From positions 26,217,872 through 26,281,871 of the forward strand of contig OZ316891.1 in assembly GCA_973895155.1 (NCBI GenBank): a stretch of 64,000 nt of DNA. Reading direction: 5' to 3'. Numbering within the stretch: the stretch's first letter is position 1; the number at the start of each line of letters is the position of its first letter. Origin of the DNA: Marsupella aquatica (taxonomy: Eukaryota; Plantae; Marchantiophyta). The translations under genes and the position numbers were made by a program. Positions 40,201 to 52,975 of the stretch are shown here, one piece after another. The notes beneath the pieces are model-generated. The model searched no databases. It was not told the DNA's origin and saw only the letters and a list, made by a program, of their open reading frames with translations.

Positions 40201-42259
40201 CATGGCTCATCTCATTTTCGCTTTAAAGGAGTAGTTTTGCCATGCGCTAAGACAAGGTGGAGTAATGATACGAAAGCATAGGCAACTAGATCTCATACAG
40301 GTTAAATCTAAGTGTTCAAAGATGGAGGCCTAAAAAAGTTAATGGCTACAAGGTGAAGTCATTCAAAAACTATTGGTTCATTTAAAAAGCTCATTGCAAG
40401 GAGTTGGCACGATGCATTCTAACAGCTTCTAGATGCTTGCACCAAGAAAAGAGTAAACAGTACACCCCAGATACCGCGACAATGCGCACTCCGGTCAAGA
40501 AGTGTAAGAACATGGAAACGGGAGTTCAGAATTTAACTCCATACAAGTTAATCACCCACACGGCTTCAATTGCCCAAGAGCATTCATGACAAACGAAAAC
40601 GCAATGACTTTCTTACCAACGCAATCACACCCCACGTTCGAGTTGACAGTCCCTGCATTGTACTCCTCCACCACCGTCAACACAGCAAGGGTTATCCTTC
40701 CGCGCAATGATGTTACAGGATTAACAGGGGTTTCCTCTTTTAATGGGACCCAACGCTCCTCAGGAGTGAGGTCAGCAGCTCCAGCAGCACCAGGAAGTCT
40801 TTCAGGAATACGCTGCAAAGCAAGCAAACAAAGAGAAAACCATCAACTCCTGCTCCAACCACCCTAACAATCTCCAGGAATCGAGCACAACCATTCACAA
40901 GGCCTTTCTCTTAACGTTCTAAGACCAAGCATAACAGGGTAATAGGAACGACTTCAAAATCACGAAATTTTATGGAAACCCATCTTTCGTCCTGCCTTCC
41001 CAACTGCGATCCTCCATGAAGGGCGCTTAGACATCAAGTTCAAGGTCAACAAGCCCAATATAGGAAACGACCCATATTATTTGCACACTGGAATCGACCG
41101 TCTCAAATAATAAACAGCCAAGCTCAAGTAGTCATGCCGGAATGGGCCTGCCCAATCTAACAGCAACAGCATCCTACCATCAACACAGAATCTGGTTTAA
41201 AAACGCCATCCTTGCGTCGACTTGCTTCAATAACAAGCTAAGACCATCGGAACACGAGCTATCATCCTCAAGGCTTGGCGAGTGTGGCAGTAACGAGGGA
41301 AATCCACACTGACCACGTAGGGCCCGAATAACCCTAGCATAGTAGAGCCAAATGCTTCACTCCTTATTACAACCTGGTCAAAAAATACAACCCTACAAGT
41401 TCTACGTCCACAAGAATACTCGTTCGAAGTAATACTGCAGCCAAATATCTACATTGAGGGTCACTTTCTGGGCCTAGGTTGGAAATGAAGACATCGGAGT
41501 CAGAACAGAATTACATTCCGAAATTGGACCCTAAGAACTGCTCAGCAGCAGGATTGTTAGTAGACGATAATAACACTGCAGCCATTATCCACACCAGCCT
41601 CGATTTCTGAGGTCGTGACAAATGAGAATTTCAAAATTATTCATTCAATCCGGGCAGTCGTTCCCTCGATGAAATCTACAGCGATAACTACAAGAAGATG
41701 ATTTGTTAACTGGTTAATCGAAACTCACAATCAAGTCCCAGCGCGATTGATCAAATCCATCGCGGCGACCAACGATGCGCTTCTTTGGCACAGGGATGTA
41801 CCCCTTGCGGCCAAAGGCTTTCTCCGCCTTCCCAGGCCCCGCCCAATGCTTCTTCCCCCGAAACAACGACGCAGGGATAGAGATGCCATGTCCAATAGAG
41901 GTCCGGAGTCCGCTCAGAAACGAACGAGCCTTCTCCCAAATCCCCTCCGCTGGTTTCTTCTCATCAACCACCTCAACCGACTCTCGTGGCTTGAACTCAC
42001 GCCACTCCCCGTGCTTACTCCTGAGATGAGCGTCATGAAGCCACTCCCGTTGCTTGAGCTCCTCTCTGACATGAGCGGCCTCCCGCTCTACAGAAATCAC
42101 TCCTCCATGCGAACGCTGGCGCTCCAACCGTCCCGCAGACCTTCGGAAGTCGCCCTCATTCTCATCACGAATGCCGCTCACCGCCCAAGAAGAAAGCAGC
42201 AGGAGCGTCGCCACCACACCGAGTAACACCAAACTCCGACCACCGCCCCTCTCCATCAT
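37213..42259 (-). CDS. uncharacterised secreted protein, 783 aa, with His-rich repeat and Cys-spaced helical segments
   Basis: Seven phase-consistent GT-AG exons: 42259-41729, 40812-40617, 39950-39847, 39605-39408, 39088-38638, 38360-38260, 37983-37213 (2352 nt including TAA). N-terminal signal peptide SLVLLGVVATLLLLSSWAVSG; GA-rich 5' leader. Confidence 0.85.
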
Positions 42260-43034
42260 CTCTGCCCAACTCCAATTGCGCCAATTGCATCCAATTCACC
42301 CCTCCTCCTCGCAATTCTCTCGACACATTCCTCTTCTCTCCTCTCCTCCTCTCCTCTTCTTCTCCTCTCGTCTCCTCTTCTTCTCCTTTGTTCTCGACTA
42401 GTACGACTTCGGGACTTTGCTTCGAGTTCAATTTTCGTCTCGCCTCGTGTCAGCTACTCCCAACTTCCCTTTTCGGCTCCTTCTGCAATGGCCGGCGCGA
42501 ATACTCTATACTGAGTTAGTGACCTCCGTCACTTACTTTATCGATATCTCTAGTCCAGCAATGAACTTGAAGGGCCATGGACTAGAAGGTTGGTTTTTAA
42601 TATATTTTAGCCCCATGACCCGCTCCTTGAAAGTCAATAATAGATACGAAAACAAACATTGCACAATAAAATTTTGGTTACTCTTTGCACATTCTTGTTT
42701 TCTGTCCCTCCTCATCTCAGTTTTCTCTTTATTTATAGTCAATGTCATTTTTGTCTATCCTCATTATTTTGACTCTCTTGAATCTCATTATTTGTCATGT
42801 TGGGAGTTATTGTCTAGAGGCTTCACTCTAGACTTACGCCCTTAAGAGTAGGTTTCAGTTGGTGCTTTTATAGTAAGATTTTTTAATCTGTGAAAACCCA
42901 CGGAAAGGGAAACAACGAGAGCAAAAGAAGGAAAGCCAGTTACAACATTTGAATCCAAGAACTATGAATCTTTTACTCAAGTGAGCTACCATAGAGTCAT
43001 GTTGCTTGGGCTTAAAGAAGGTTGGTCTTTGAAA

Positions 43035-43192
43035 CCCACATGGACCACATTTCGCAACATTTTGAGTCTAATTGTTATAACTTGATATTCATAAATTGGA
43101 ATATTTCTTGCTTGGGCATGGAAAAGGACACCCATGGACCACATTCCCAACATTTTGAGTTTAATTGTTATAACTGGATATTCATAATCTGG
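43035..43192. repeat. ~65-bp direct duplication
   Basis: CATGGACCACATT..CAACATTTTGAGT.TAATTGTTATAACT.GATATTCATAA twice, about 94 bp apart. Confidence 0.75.
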
Positions 43193-44137
43193 CACATTTA
43201 GGCCCATCTTATGAAAGGGGGGATTTTCACCATAATTCAACTATCAAGGAGGGCCTCTTGCTAGAATGACAATTTGTAAACAGACCATGAGACATTAAGA
43301 GCCCAATTGCATATTATAGAGTTTAAACATTTTTAAGCTTTGGGGGTATGCTAGAGGATCAGGTAAGCTGCACTTCCATCAAAGTGACGATAAGTTTTTG
43401 GTAGTGTTGGTTTAGTTGTTCATGTGATGGACAGATGAACTTAACGTACCATGATATGGAGTTTAATGTATACGCGATGAGGATGGTCACCAAGAAACCC
43501 GCCCAACTACTTATGTTCAATGTGAAAGGAGGTTGTTGCATAAATGGAATACCCAAGTAATTCTAGACCTATCCGCAAGGTGTGATTTTGGTGTTCTTAG
43601 GGTGTATTGTCCCTTGGTTAGATTAGGATAAGATCCACTTATTTAGACCCACACATCTCAGTCCCCCTTGGAGGGCATAGGTTGGAGGGAGAACATTTGT
43701 TTCCCTCATTTTTCACATGTATTCTCATATGCTATGGATCCTTCAGGAGTTTCTTCACTTGTGATGTCTCGTTGGTGTAGCATGTGATCAAGTGTACGTC
43801 TCTCTCATGTTCTGCATGTGCTATCTAATTTGACCTCACTATTTCTTACACATGAATGTAGAGTAAATTGTATATGTGATATTGTATACTTAAAGAACAG
43901 GATAACACATGCAACTTGTCAAATCAAAGTAACAACCAAACTTCAAAACTGGTTAAAAAATGTTAGTAATGTTCACAACATAATTATTGTTAGTAGCAAT
44001 TGACTAAAGTATCTGCAAATGGCAAAAAGAACGGTTGATATATCTCCAAAGGGAACGATAGTATGCAGCACCTCAGGATTTGTTTGCTCATACAAATAGA
44101 GGTGAGCCATCAACCAAAGTTAAGATGCAGTTGATAG

Positions 44138-44400
44138 TGTTAAGGATTGCTCTTAGTCTTGTGACTCAAAGGTTACGGCAATTAGGTTAACCTCAGTTAG
44201 GGACTTAGCTGAGGTTAGGTTAGTCGTGTGTGACCTTGTATATACCAGCTAGTGTAAGCCGCTGGTATGTGGTGCTTGCTCATTATAACGGAGCAACTTA
44301 AGGAAGAGAGAGAGCTTGTGTGTTCGACAACTCTTGAAGTAAAGTTGTTATGTTAATGTGGACATAGCCTTGGAGAAGAGATGAACCACGTATGGATTGT
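44138..44400 (+). mobile_element. solo-LTR-like fragment related to family A
   Basis: GCTCATTATAACGGAGC...GAGAGCTTGTGTG...GTGGACATAGCC...GAACCACGT blocks. Confidence 0.45.
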
Positions 44401-45049
44401 GTCGACTACGTGAGCATGGTATGAGTCATGGTTGTATCATCATGAAGGAAGACGTCATAGTTCAACAAATAGGTGTTGCGTCACATCCCCAGGGTAATCA
44501 TTCAGCCCCCGTCCTTGGGGTGAATCAAAACTTTATTAAAAAAAGATTAAAGTTATGTGTTTCTGCTACTTGCAGCCTGTGGCAGTAACAAGGAGACACA
44601 TATTAACTTAGGGCTAGCAAAACAACATAACAAACCATTGACTATTGAGGCATGTAAAAGGACAAAAAAGCAAACCTATTGTCCTCTTGCCATGCTTCAG
44701 TGTAGGGCAGATTGTGTGTGAACACTGTTGGAGTGTATATTGTGCGCTAGATCTTGTGTGTGAATAGTGCTCTAAAGGAAACAAAAATATTCTAATAGAT
44801 AAAAATCTATGAGACTAGAAGAATAAAGAACTCAGAATAAAGTACATAATATCATTGGTTGTCAAGATTGCATAGAAAGGACATACTCTGTACACATGCA
44901 TATATAGCTGGCTCAAAAGCGTCAACTTGCAATCAGCTCATCCAAACAGATTCAATGTAAATCTCAATTACAACGAGTAGTCTCAATACAACGACCAAAC
45001 TAGCAGCACCCCTCGGACAGTACCACTGAATAGAGTAGCACCAAGAGCA

Positions 45050-45372
45050 TGTAGAGGTTAACTCAGTCTTGGGTTGAACTATGGTTAGTATATTAACTAG
45101 GGTTAGAGTAAACCCTAGTTGAAGAGTTGGTCCTTATCTCTTCAACTTCTATGTGGTGTGAAAACACACAAGAGAGTTCTCAAGAGAGAACACAGTGATA
45201 TAGCAAGAGATGAGAGCTTGAAGAGATGAGAGCTATGGTGATGCTTGAGTAGACACATAACCGTTAATAAAGCTTGGTCTTCCCGTGGACATAGTCAACC
45301 TTGAGGCGAACCACGTAACTATTGAGCACGTGTATGTTTGGAGTGTTTTTCCTGATCTGATTTCTCCCCACA
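45050..45372 (+). repeat. 5' LTR of the copia element
   Basis: TGTAGAGG...CCCCACA; differs from the 3' LTR at 3 transition sites by my count. Confidence 0.96.
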
Positions 45373-45374
45373 AT

Positions 45375-45386
45375 TGGTATCAAAGC
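45375..45386 (+). other. primer-binding site (initiator tRNA-Met type)
   Basis: TGGTATCAAAGC just after the 5' LTR, one mismatch to the canonical TGGTATCAGAGC. Confidence 0.9.
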
Positions 45387-46542
45387 TCAGGTTTTTTCAG
45401 TCGATTAGGAACTCCATAGAACTTGCTTCAAGCAAAGCGAACAGCGGATGATTTCCTCTTCAAAGCGGAGCTATTGAAAGAAGATCGGACTCAATCTTCT
45501 CACAAGTGTGGAGCACACAACCAGGGGCTCATTTCAGTGAAGCAATGAAGGCCTGAGGTCAGAAACGGAAACAATTGTAAGTGACAGTTTTCAATTTACG
45601 TTATCGGGCAAGAGATAAGGTCAATTTCTCAGATCAGTCTTTTTTATTGTTCTATCGGGACTTGAAACTGAGATACGCTTGAGCGCCTTGTCTTTCTAGA
45701 CGTTTCGATATCAACATCGTTGAATTCTGTCAAACGGTTGAGAAACAATCTTAATTTCAATTCTCATTTTTTGAGCTCGAAATTTTGGCTATGGCGGATA
45801 ACTTAATATCAGTCACTTTCACCGAATTGTTTCTCCCTCATTACTCACCGTTTTGCGAGTTCTTTATATCAATCTTGATGCCCTCGAAGTCTAGTTTCTG
45901 AATCTGAAATCAGAATTGGATTTCGTCAAAAACTGAGACGGGAATTTGAGTGAATCGGCCGAGGGGTACTTTCTGCCGCGAGTAGTCGCGACTTCCGCGG
46001 ACGCGCGAGGAGGTCAAAAACTTCGAGGAGGCCTTTCTAGGGCTCGACAGGGCTCGGGCAAGGGGAAGTGCCCCCTGTGAAGTCCCCCACAGGGGCTGTA
46101 CAAGGGCGGACGGAATTTCCCAAAAAGATTGTTTTCCAGAGGCTTAAATTTTTACCGAAGGTCAAAGATTCCGAGCGGCAAATAAAATCGGATCAACTTC
46201 AACTTTTGGAGAGGCGTACTTGGGGAAGCTAGGCAAGTATTGGTGCGTTCAATTCTGAAAAAGTATACTAGTGGAATCTTTGGCATAAGAGATTCCCTCG
46301 AGGGGTAATTATTTCATCTTTTACCCCCCTCCGGTCGGAGTAAAAATTCTCGGCACTCGAGAGTCCATTTGACAAACCGTTTTCAGAATTCGGAGCGTTA
46401 CGTTGTGGGCTACACATAGGAGTGATCAGTTTCAAAATTCACCAACTTTCAATTTTGGCCTTATTTTCACACCCCACATCTGAGCATTCGATGTTTATTT
46501 CTTGTCGGAAGGCAACTCCACACTACATTTGGCATTCCAGCG

Positions 46543-49500
46543 ATGGTGACTACTAGGATTGGAGGTCAAAGGTTTGAGGTGAGAAAATTTGATGGTCGGA
46601 TGGACTATACAATATGGGAACGTAACGTGAGAGATGCACTTAGGGCGATGGGCCTAGGCAAGGTACTAAGATCTCAACCCAAGGAGATGGAAGATGATGA
46701 TTGGCATGATCTCCAGGATCAAGCGGTAAGTATTGTTGGCATGTACCTGAAAAACAATGTGAAGAAGCAGTTCGAGGAAAAAACAACACAAACGGTGACA
46801 GACTTGTTTCAAGCATTGCGCAACAAGTATTACAAGAAGGAGATGTCAAACCGAATGTATGCAAGTCTGAAGCTCATGCAATTCAAAATGGTTGATGGAG
46901 TCAAGATTCAAGATCATATCGATGAGTTCAATGATCTTGTGGTTGACCTAGAGAATTTGGGAAAGCATTTGAGCGAAGAAAAGAAAGCTTTACAATTCTT
47001 GAGCTCACTACCACCTTCGTACCAATTTTTGTCTCAAGTTCTTCTATTCCGTGATAAGACAACTATATCCTACAATGATGTGGTGAGTGCCCTGTTGACC
47101 GATGACATGCAGTCTAAGCTGGTTTCTTCAGCTCATCCTACCTCAACCTCATCATCAACGACACTGTTGGTAGAAAGAGGCAAATCAAGGGAGCCATCTC
47201 ATGAAAACAAAAGGTTTAACCCACTTCCCATGGAGCGAGGAAGGTTCCACGACCGATCTTTTGGTAGGAGGAGGTTTAGATCCAGATCTAGATCTCGATC
47301 CAAATCACCATCCAAGTCTACTCATGTGATAAAGTGTTGGAAGTGTGACAAAGTGGGCCACATGAAGAAGGATTGTCGTATCAAAGACACATTCAAGGAA
47401 GTTGTCGGTTCTTCAGCCCAAGTAGTTGTTCGAGAAGAGGATAGTGAAGGATTTGCATTGTGTACCACTTCCCAAGTTGAGGATTGTCAATGGATCTTGG
47501 ATTCCGCTTGCTCGTATCACATGTACTATATGCGTGAACTTTTCTCATCCTACACTCCTATCAACGGATCTATTTTGATGGGAAATAATCATTCTTGCAA
47601 AGTTTTAGGGATTGGATCCGTAAAGATTCAACTACCCGGTGGCAAGTACTGTACACTATCAAATGTTAGACACATTCCAAAAATGTGTAAGAATTTGATT
47701 TCTCTTGGCTACTTGGATGCAAAGGGTTATCAATGGAGTGCAACTGATGGGGTGTTAACTGTCACGCATGGATCAACTGAAGTTCTTATTGGCAAGAGGA
47801 AAAGAAACATCTATGTCTTGGAAGGCACCACACTTCTTGCCGAAGTCAATTTGGTCACATCTCAAGAGGAGAAAATCAATTTATGGCATGCTCAGCTTGG
47901 TCACATGAGTGAAAAAAGTTTGGAAATCCTACACAAGCGACATCTTCTACCAGGATTGCAAGCATACAAGTTAAGTTTTTGTGATCATTGCATTGTTGGC
48001 AAGAAAACAAGAACTCCATTTCCGACTGCCATTCATCATTCTAAAGTTGTACTTGAGTATATTCATTCCGATGTGTGAGGTCCTGCTCCGGTTTCCTCAC
48101 ATTCAGGCAAACAATATTATGTATCGTTTATCGATGATTATTCAAGGTTTGTTTGGATTTATTTCATTGCCCATAAGTTTGAAGTGTTTTCCATCTTCAA
48201 ACAATGGGTAGCTCAAGTTGAGACACAGACTGCAAAGAATGTGAGATATCTACGATCAGATAATGGTGGTGAATACACCTCTAGCGAGTTTAACACGTAT
48301 TGTGCAAATAAGGGAATTACTCACCATCTCACAACTGTGTACACTCTTGAGCAAAATGGTGTTGCTGAGCGACTCAATCGCACATTGTTGGAGCGAGCAA
48401 GGAGCATGTTGAGCCACTCTAAATTGCCACAAATCTTTTGGGCGGAAGCCGTCAACATAGCTGCTTATCTAGTAAATCTCTCTCCTAGTCGGGCAATTAC
48501 TTACAAAACCCCCTTTGAGCTATGGCACAATCAACCTGCTGATTATTCAAAGCTTAAGGTTTTTGGTTGTGAAGCATATGCACATGTTCCTAGCAACAAT
48601 AGGACTAAGCTAGATCCTAGAGCCTAGAAATGCATTTTTCTTGGTTATCAGCGTGACGTTAAAGGATATCGATTATGGGATCCAGTTGATTGCAAGTTAC
48701 TTGTTAGTCGGGATGTATCCCACAAATCATTGAAGGAGGGGGAGATAGGTCAATTCCCTACTACTAACAACGAGCAATCTCCTCCTCTAGAGGATTTAAG
48801 GGGAGAGGATGTGTCAAATGAAGAATATGTTAACACTACTGTAAGGCAAAGCGCACTACAATTAGATCTGCCAGAGTCTTCAGTGCGAAGAGGAACTCGT
48901 AAACGTCAAGCCCGAGAAAGGTATGGAACTTGGCTTCCTTCTGATGTGGATTTGGCTCGGGGGGGTCACTATATGGAGGGTCATACATCGCGTGCGACGT
49001 TTTAGGGTTTGACCCCCCTAACTTTAAAGTGAAAAATATTTTTTTGCAAAGCCCTTTCTTTCTTAAAATTTTGTCATTTTTTATTAAAAAACCCCTAAAA
49101 ACTTTATAGAAAGTATTTTTTGCAATTAAATAGGTCTATGTGTTCTTTAAAGTCGACCAATCAATAAAACATGCCCTATGTGTTCTTCCACCAAACTTTG
49201 GAAGTCTTCCGCCACACCCATTTAAATGGGCCTATACTTCGTCGCACGTGATGTGTCACTTCCGTGGAAGTGACCCCCCCGAGGGATTTGGATGAAGAAT
49301 CTATTGATGCATTGGTGACAGAAGATGGAGATCCATCCTCATTTCGAGAGGTCCTAGCTTCTATGGAGAAGCAACAGTGGCAGGCGGCGATGCGCATGGA
49401 AATGAAATCACTTCATGATAACAAGACTTGGGATCACGAGTCTACCTAGTGACAAGCAGGCTGTTGACAGCAAGTGGGTGTATAGGAAGAAAGATGGACC

Positions 49501-50899
49501 CGCGAAGGATGCTGAGAAGATATTTAAGGCTCGGTTGGTAGCCAAGGGTTTTACTCAACAAAAAGGTATAGACTACAATGAGGTTTTTTCACCTGTAGCA
49601 AAGTATTCAACAATACGTTTGCTATGTGTTCTTGTAATTTTATTTGATCTGGTTTTAGATCAAATGGATGTTGTCACGGCATTCTTATATGGATCGTTGG
49701 ATGAGGTGATTTACATGAGGCAACCAGAGGGTTTTGTGCAAAAGGGCAAGGAAAATTTGGTATGCAGGTTGCTAAAATCCTTGTATGGATTAAAGCAGAG
49801 CCCAAGGCAGTGGAACAAGCATTTTGATGAATTTTTGAAATCGCTTGGATTTGTGCGAAGCGTGTACGATCCATGTGTTTACATAAGGCGTGTGAACAAC
49901 ACAGGTTTTAAGCTTGTCATCCTTGTACTTTATGTGGATGACATGCTCATTGCAGCACAGGATAGGGGCGAAGTTGATAAGCTTAAGGCCCAACTCAGTT
50001 CTGAGTTTAAGATGAAGGATTTGGGCACAGCCAAGAGGATCCTAGGCATGGAGATTGTCAGGGATGTTAACAAAGCCAAACTTTGGCTGACGCAGAAAAG
50101 ATATGCAGAGAAGGTACTCTCAAAATTCAACATGGCATATGCTAAGGCTGTGAGTGTTCCTTTGGCAAGGCATTTCAATATCTCTGCAGCATTTTGTCCA
50201 TCAGATGCGACAGAAAAAAGTTTGATGTCCAAAGTTCCTTATGAAAGTGCTGTGGGTAGTTTAATATATCTCATGGTATGCACCCGACCAGACATAGCTT
50301 ATGCCGTTAGCAAGGTAAGCAGATACATGGCAAATCCACGAAAAGTTCATTGGGAAGCAGTGAAATGGATTTTGCGCTACATCAGAGGTTCCACTAAGAA
50401 GGGTTTATTATTTGATGCAAGTTCAAACAATATGAAAGTGCTTCAAGGTTATGTGGATGCAGACTACGCAGGTGATCTGGATAAGAGGAGATCGACAACT
50501 GGATATGTATTTACACTTGCTGGTGGATGCATTAGTTGGAAGTCTACTCTCCAAAAGTGTATTGCAAAGTCTACTATGGATGCCGAGTATGTAGCAGCAG
50601 CAGAAGCAGCATCAGAGACCATTTGGTTAAAAAAGCTTGTCACGGAAATGGGTTTATCACAGGAGTGTGTATATCTTCATTGTGACAGTCAAAGTGCAAT
50701 TTACACTGCCAAGAATCAAGTGATGGATGGTAGGGTAAAGCACATTGATGTCCGCTATCATTTCATCCGACAGGCATTATCGGATGATGAGTTTGAGCTT
50801 GTCAAGATTGATGGAAAGCTTAATCCAGCGGATGCTTTTACCAAAGTATTAGACTCCAATAGTTTTTCAAGGCATTGTAATTATTTACAAATATTGTAA
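46543..50899 (+). pseudogene. disrupted copia gag-pol polyprotein
   Basis: Zinc knuckle CWKCDKVGHMKKDC, protease WILDSACS, HHCC (LWHAQLGH..CDHC), integrase LRSDNGGEY, RT LYVDDML, RNase H GYVDADYAGD. Broken by TGA at 48076-48078 (HSDV*, expected W), TAG at 48625-48627, a MITE at 48956 and a frameshift near 49435. Confidence 0.95.
48956..49283. mobile_element. MITE, CTC...GAG family, copy 4 (328 bp), nested in copia pol
   Basis: Perfect 15-bp TIR CTCGGGGGGGTCACT (imperfect to ~44 bp) and 8-bp TSD GGATTTGG; removal restores the frame PSDVDLDEESIDALVTEDGDPSSF. Confidence 0.95.
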
Positions 50900-51082
50900 A
50901 TATAGAGTTAACCAAGAAAATGTTTCTATATGAGTACTCCATCCGATGGCTTATCGGCTACGACTTAGTTCTAGTTAACCCTTGCATTAGGGGGAGGGTC
51001 TTTTGGCCCTACTGTCTTGAACTTCCCGCGGAGGAATTTGTAAGGAAAAGACAATGTTATGAACCCTCCCAAGACGTGAGTC

Positions 51083-51091
51083 AAGGGGGAG
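51083..51091 (+). other. polypurine tract
   Basis: AAGGGGGAG two bases before the 3' LTR. Confidence 0.9.
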
Positions 51092-51093
51092 TT

Positions 51094-51416
51094 TGTAGAG
51101 GTTAACTCAGTCTTGGGTTGAACTATGGTTAGTATATTAACTAGGGTTAGAGTAAACCCTAGTTGAAGAGTTGGTCCTTATCTCTTCAACTTCTATGTGG
51201 TGTGAAAACACACAAGAGAGTTCTCAAGAGAGAACACAGTGATATAGCAAGAGATGAGAGCTTGAAGAGATGAGAGCTATGGTGATGCTTGAGTAGACAC
51301 ATAACCGTTAATAAAACTTGGTCTTCCCGTGGACGTAGCCAACCTTGAGGCGAACCACGTAACTATTGAGCACGTGTATGTTTGGAGTGTTTTTCCTGAT
51401 CTGATTTCTCCCCACA
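51094..51416 (+). repeat. 3' LTR of the copia element
   Basis: 323-bp copy of 45050-45372 followed by the TSD GAGCA. Confidence 0.96.
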
Positions 51417-52689
51417 GAGCACAACCGAGGGCAAAATGGAGAGCACAATGGGGAGCACAAACGATGGAAATATACAAACCAAACATGGACCAGAGTAGCA
51501 CAGCACCGAGCAGCACAGCCGAGGCCAAAAAAATGGAGCACAGTAGTGCCAAGTATTGCCAAAGCCAAAAAACAAGAGCATAGCCCAATCACGGGGACCT
51601 TAAACCCAACTACAGCACAATCATCAGATAAAAACTCATAATTTCCCCAGCACAAGGAGATAACGATTGAATGAACTATGAAACCCAAGGGTTGTCAAAA
51701 GCACAGCAAATACCCACAGCAACTAAGGAGTCTGAGTTGATATGCCAGTCAGGCCCATGTAAACAAAGTCAATGAGTGTGCGAATCCTCCCAAGCAAGCC
51801 ACCCACAATGCAGTGACAGAGACCAAAATAAGAGAGAGAGGACCAAATTGAGCCCACAACGGATGCCAAAACTTGAGCGCAGCCTTCACGAGCAGCTGAG
51901 GCACACAACCAAAATGTAGCACAACCTTCATGAGGAACCAAAACTAAAACCCATTGCAGCTGCAATCGATCAACATTGGCAACATTCGGATGACAAAAGG
52001 GAGAAAAGAAGAGGGCAGCGAGATTGAAGATGCTAGCATAGAGCCACGAACCACGAGGAGAGCACACCAGCAGCAAAGCCTGAGGCCGAAAGAGAGTAGA
52101 TCAGCAGCACCCCAACCTCGAGCAAAGAGCCATGAGGAGAGCACACAAAACAGACATGCTCCACGAGAGAGCTCCAATGAAGGGAGAGTATGAACGAGAG
52201 ATTAGCATTTTGGCTGCCTGATCAACATTTTGACCAGGACTTTTTAGCCCTAAACTCTACAGCATGATTCGTCATGGTTTCAGCACTTGCCGCCCTAAAC
52301 TCTCTGCCTTCAACTCGCAGCCCTAAACTTGTATACTTCTCTAAACTTGTGTACGCCCTAAACTTGTACACAAATATACAGTGTTTCCGCTACGAAACAA
52401 AATTGGATTGGAACCTATATATTCGTCAAATCTCAGCTTCTCCTTAATTTCTAGCACTCTGCTGTTGGCATTGTTGGTGTTCTTCGTGTGAGAGCGGTAG
52501 GGTGGTGAGTTTTAGAGGGCATTACTTTGCTTGGAAGGCATTTCAGTTTTCTGGACAGTTTGGGGCTCAATTCCCTGACACAGTTTTTAGGAAGACTAAG
52601 TTTGGGTTTAGTGCTCAATATACAGCACACCATTTGCATTCTCTGTCGTGGAAAAAATTTCCGCTATTGCCCAGAAAGACGTTTCACTA

Positions 52690-52975
52690 TATAGTATAGC
52701 ATGCTCATCCTGGAACATGCTTATTTTTTGTCTCTCTTACAAGGAAAATGAACCCTTGGTTCCTCTCTAGGACAAAACAAAATTTAAAAAATTAAAGGGG
52801 CTGCCAAAGTAAGTTCAAAATACTATAGGATACCAAAAATTAAAGGGGTCCAAAAATGAATCAAAAGTCTATATGATACAAAGGATGCCCCTTGTTAACT
52901 GTACATTCAAATAAAAATACATGACACAAAAATATGAATAAGACAAAACATGAAAGTTGGATTCACCATATAGCA
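52690..52975 (+). repeat. dispersed repeat, matching 36101-36380
   Basis: Same ordered blocks as the 36.1-kb copy, with indels. Confidence 0.8.

Larger units (their letters stand above)
45050..51416 (+). mobile_element. full-length Ty1/copia LTR retrotransposon (inactivated)
   Basis: TG..CA LTRs of 323 bp, 5-bp TSD GAGCA (45045-45049 and 51417-51421), PBS, PPT and gag-PR-INT-RT-RH domain order. Confidence 0.97.

Noticed and set aside
51277-52193. Cluster of hydrophobic short ORFs
   Set aside because: Produced by strand-biased low-complexity repeat DNA and the LTR; no coherent gene structure.
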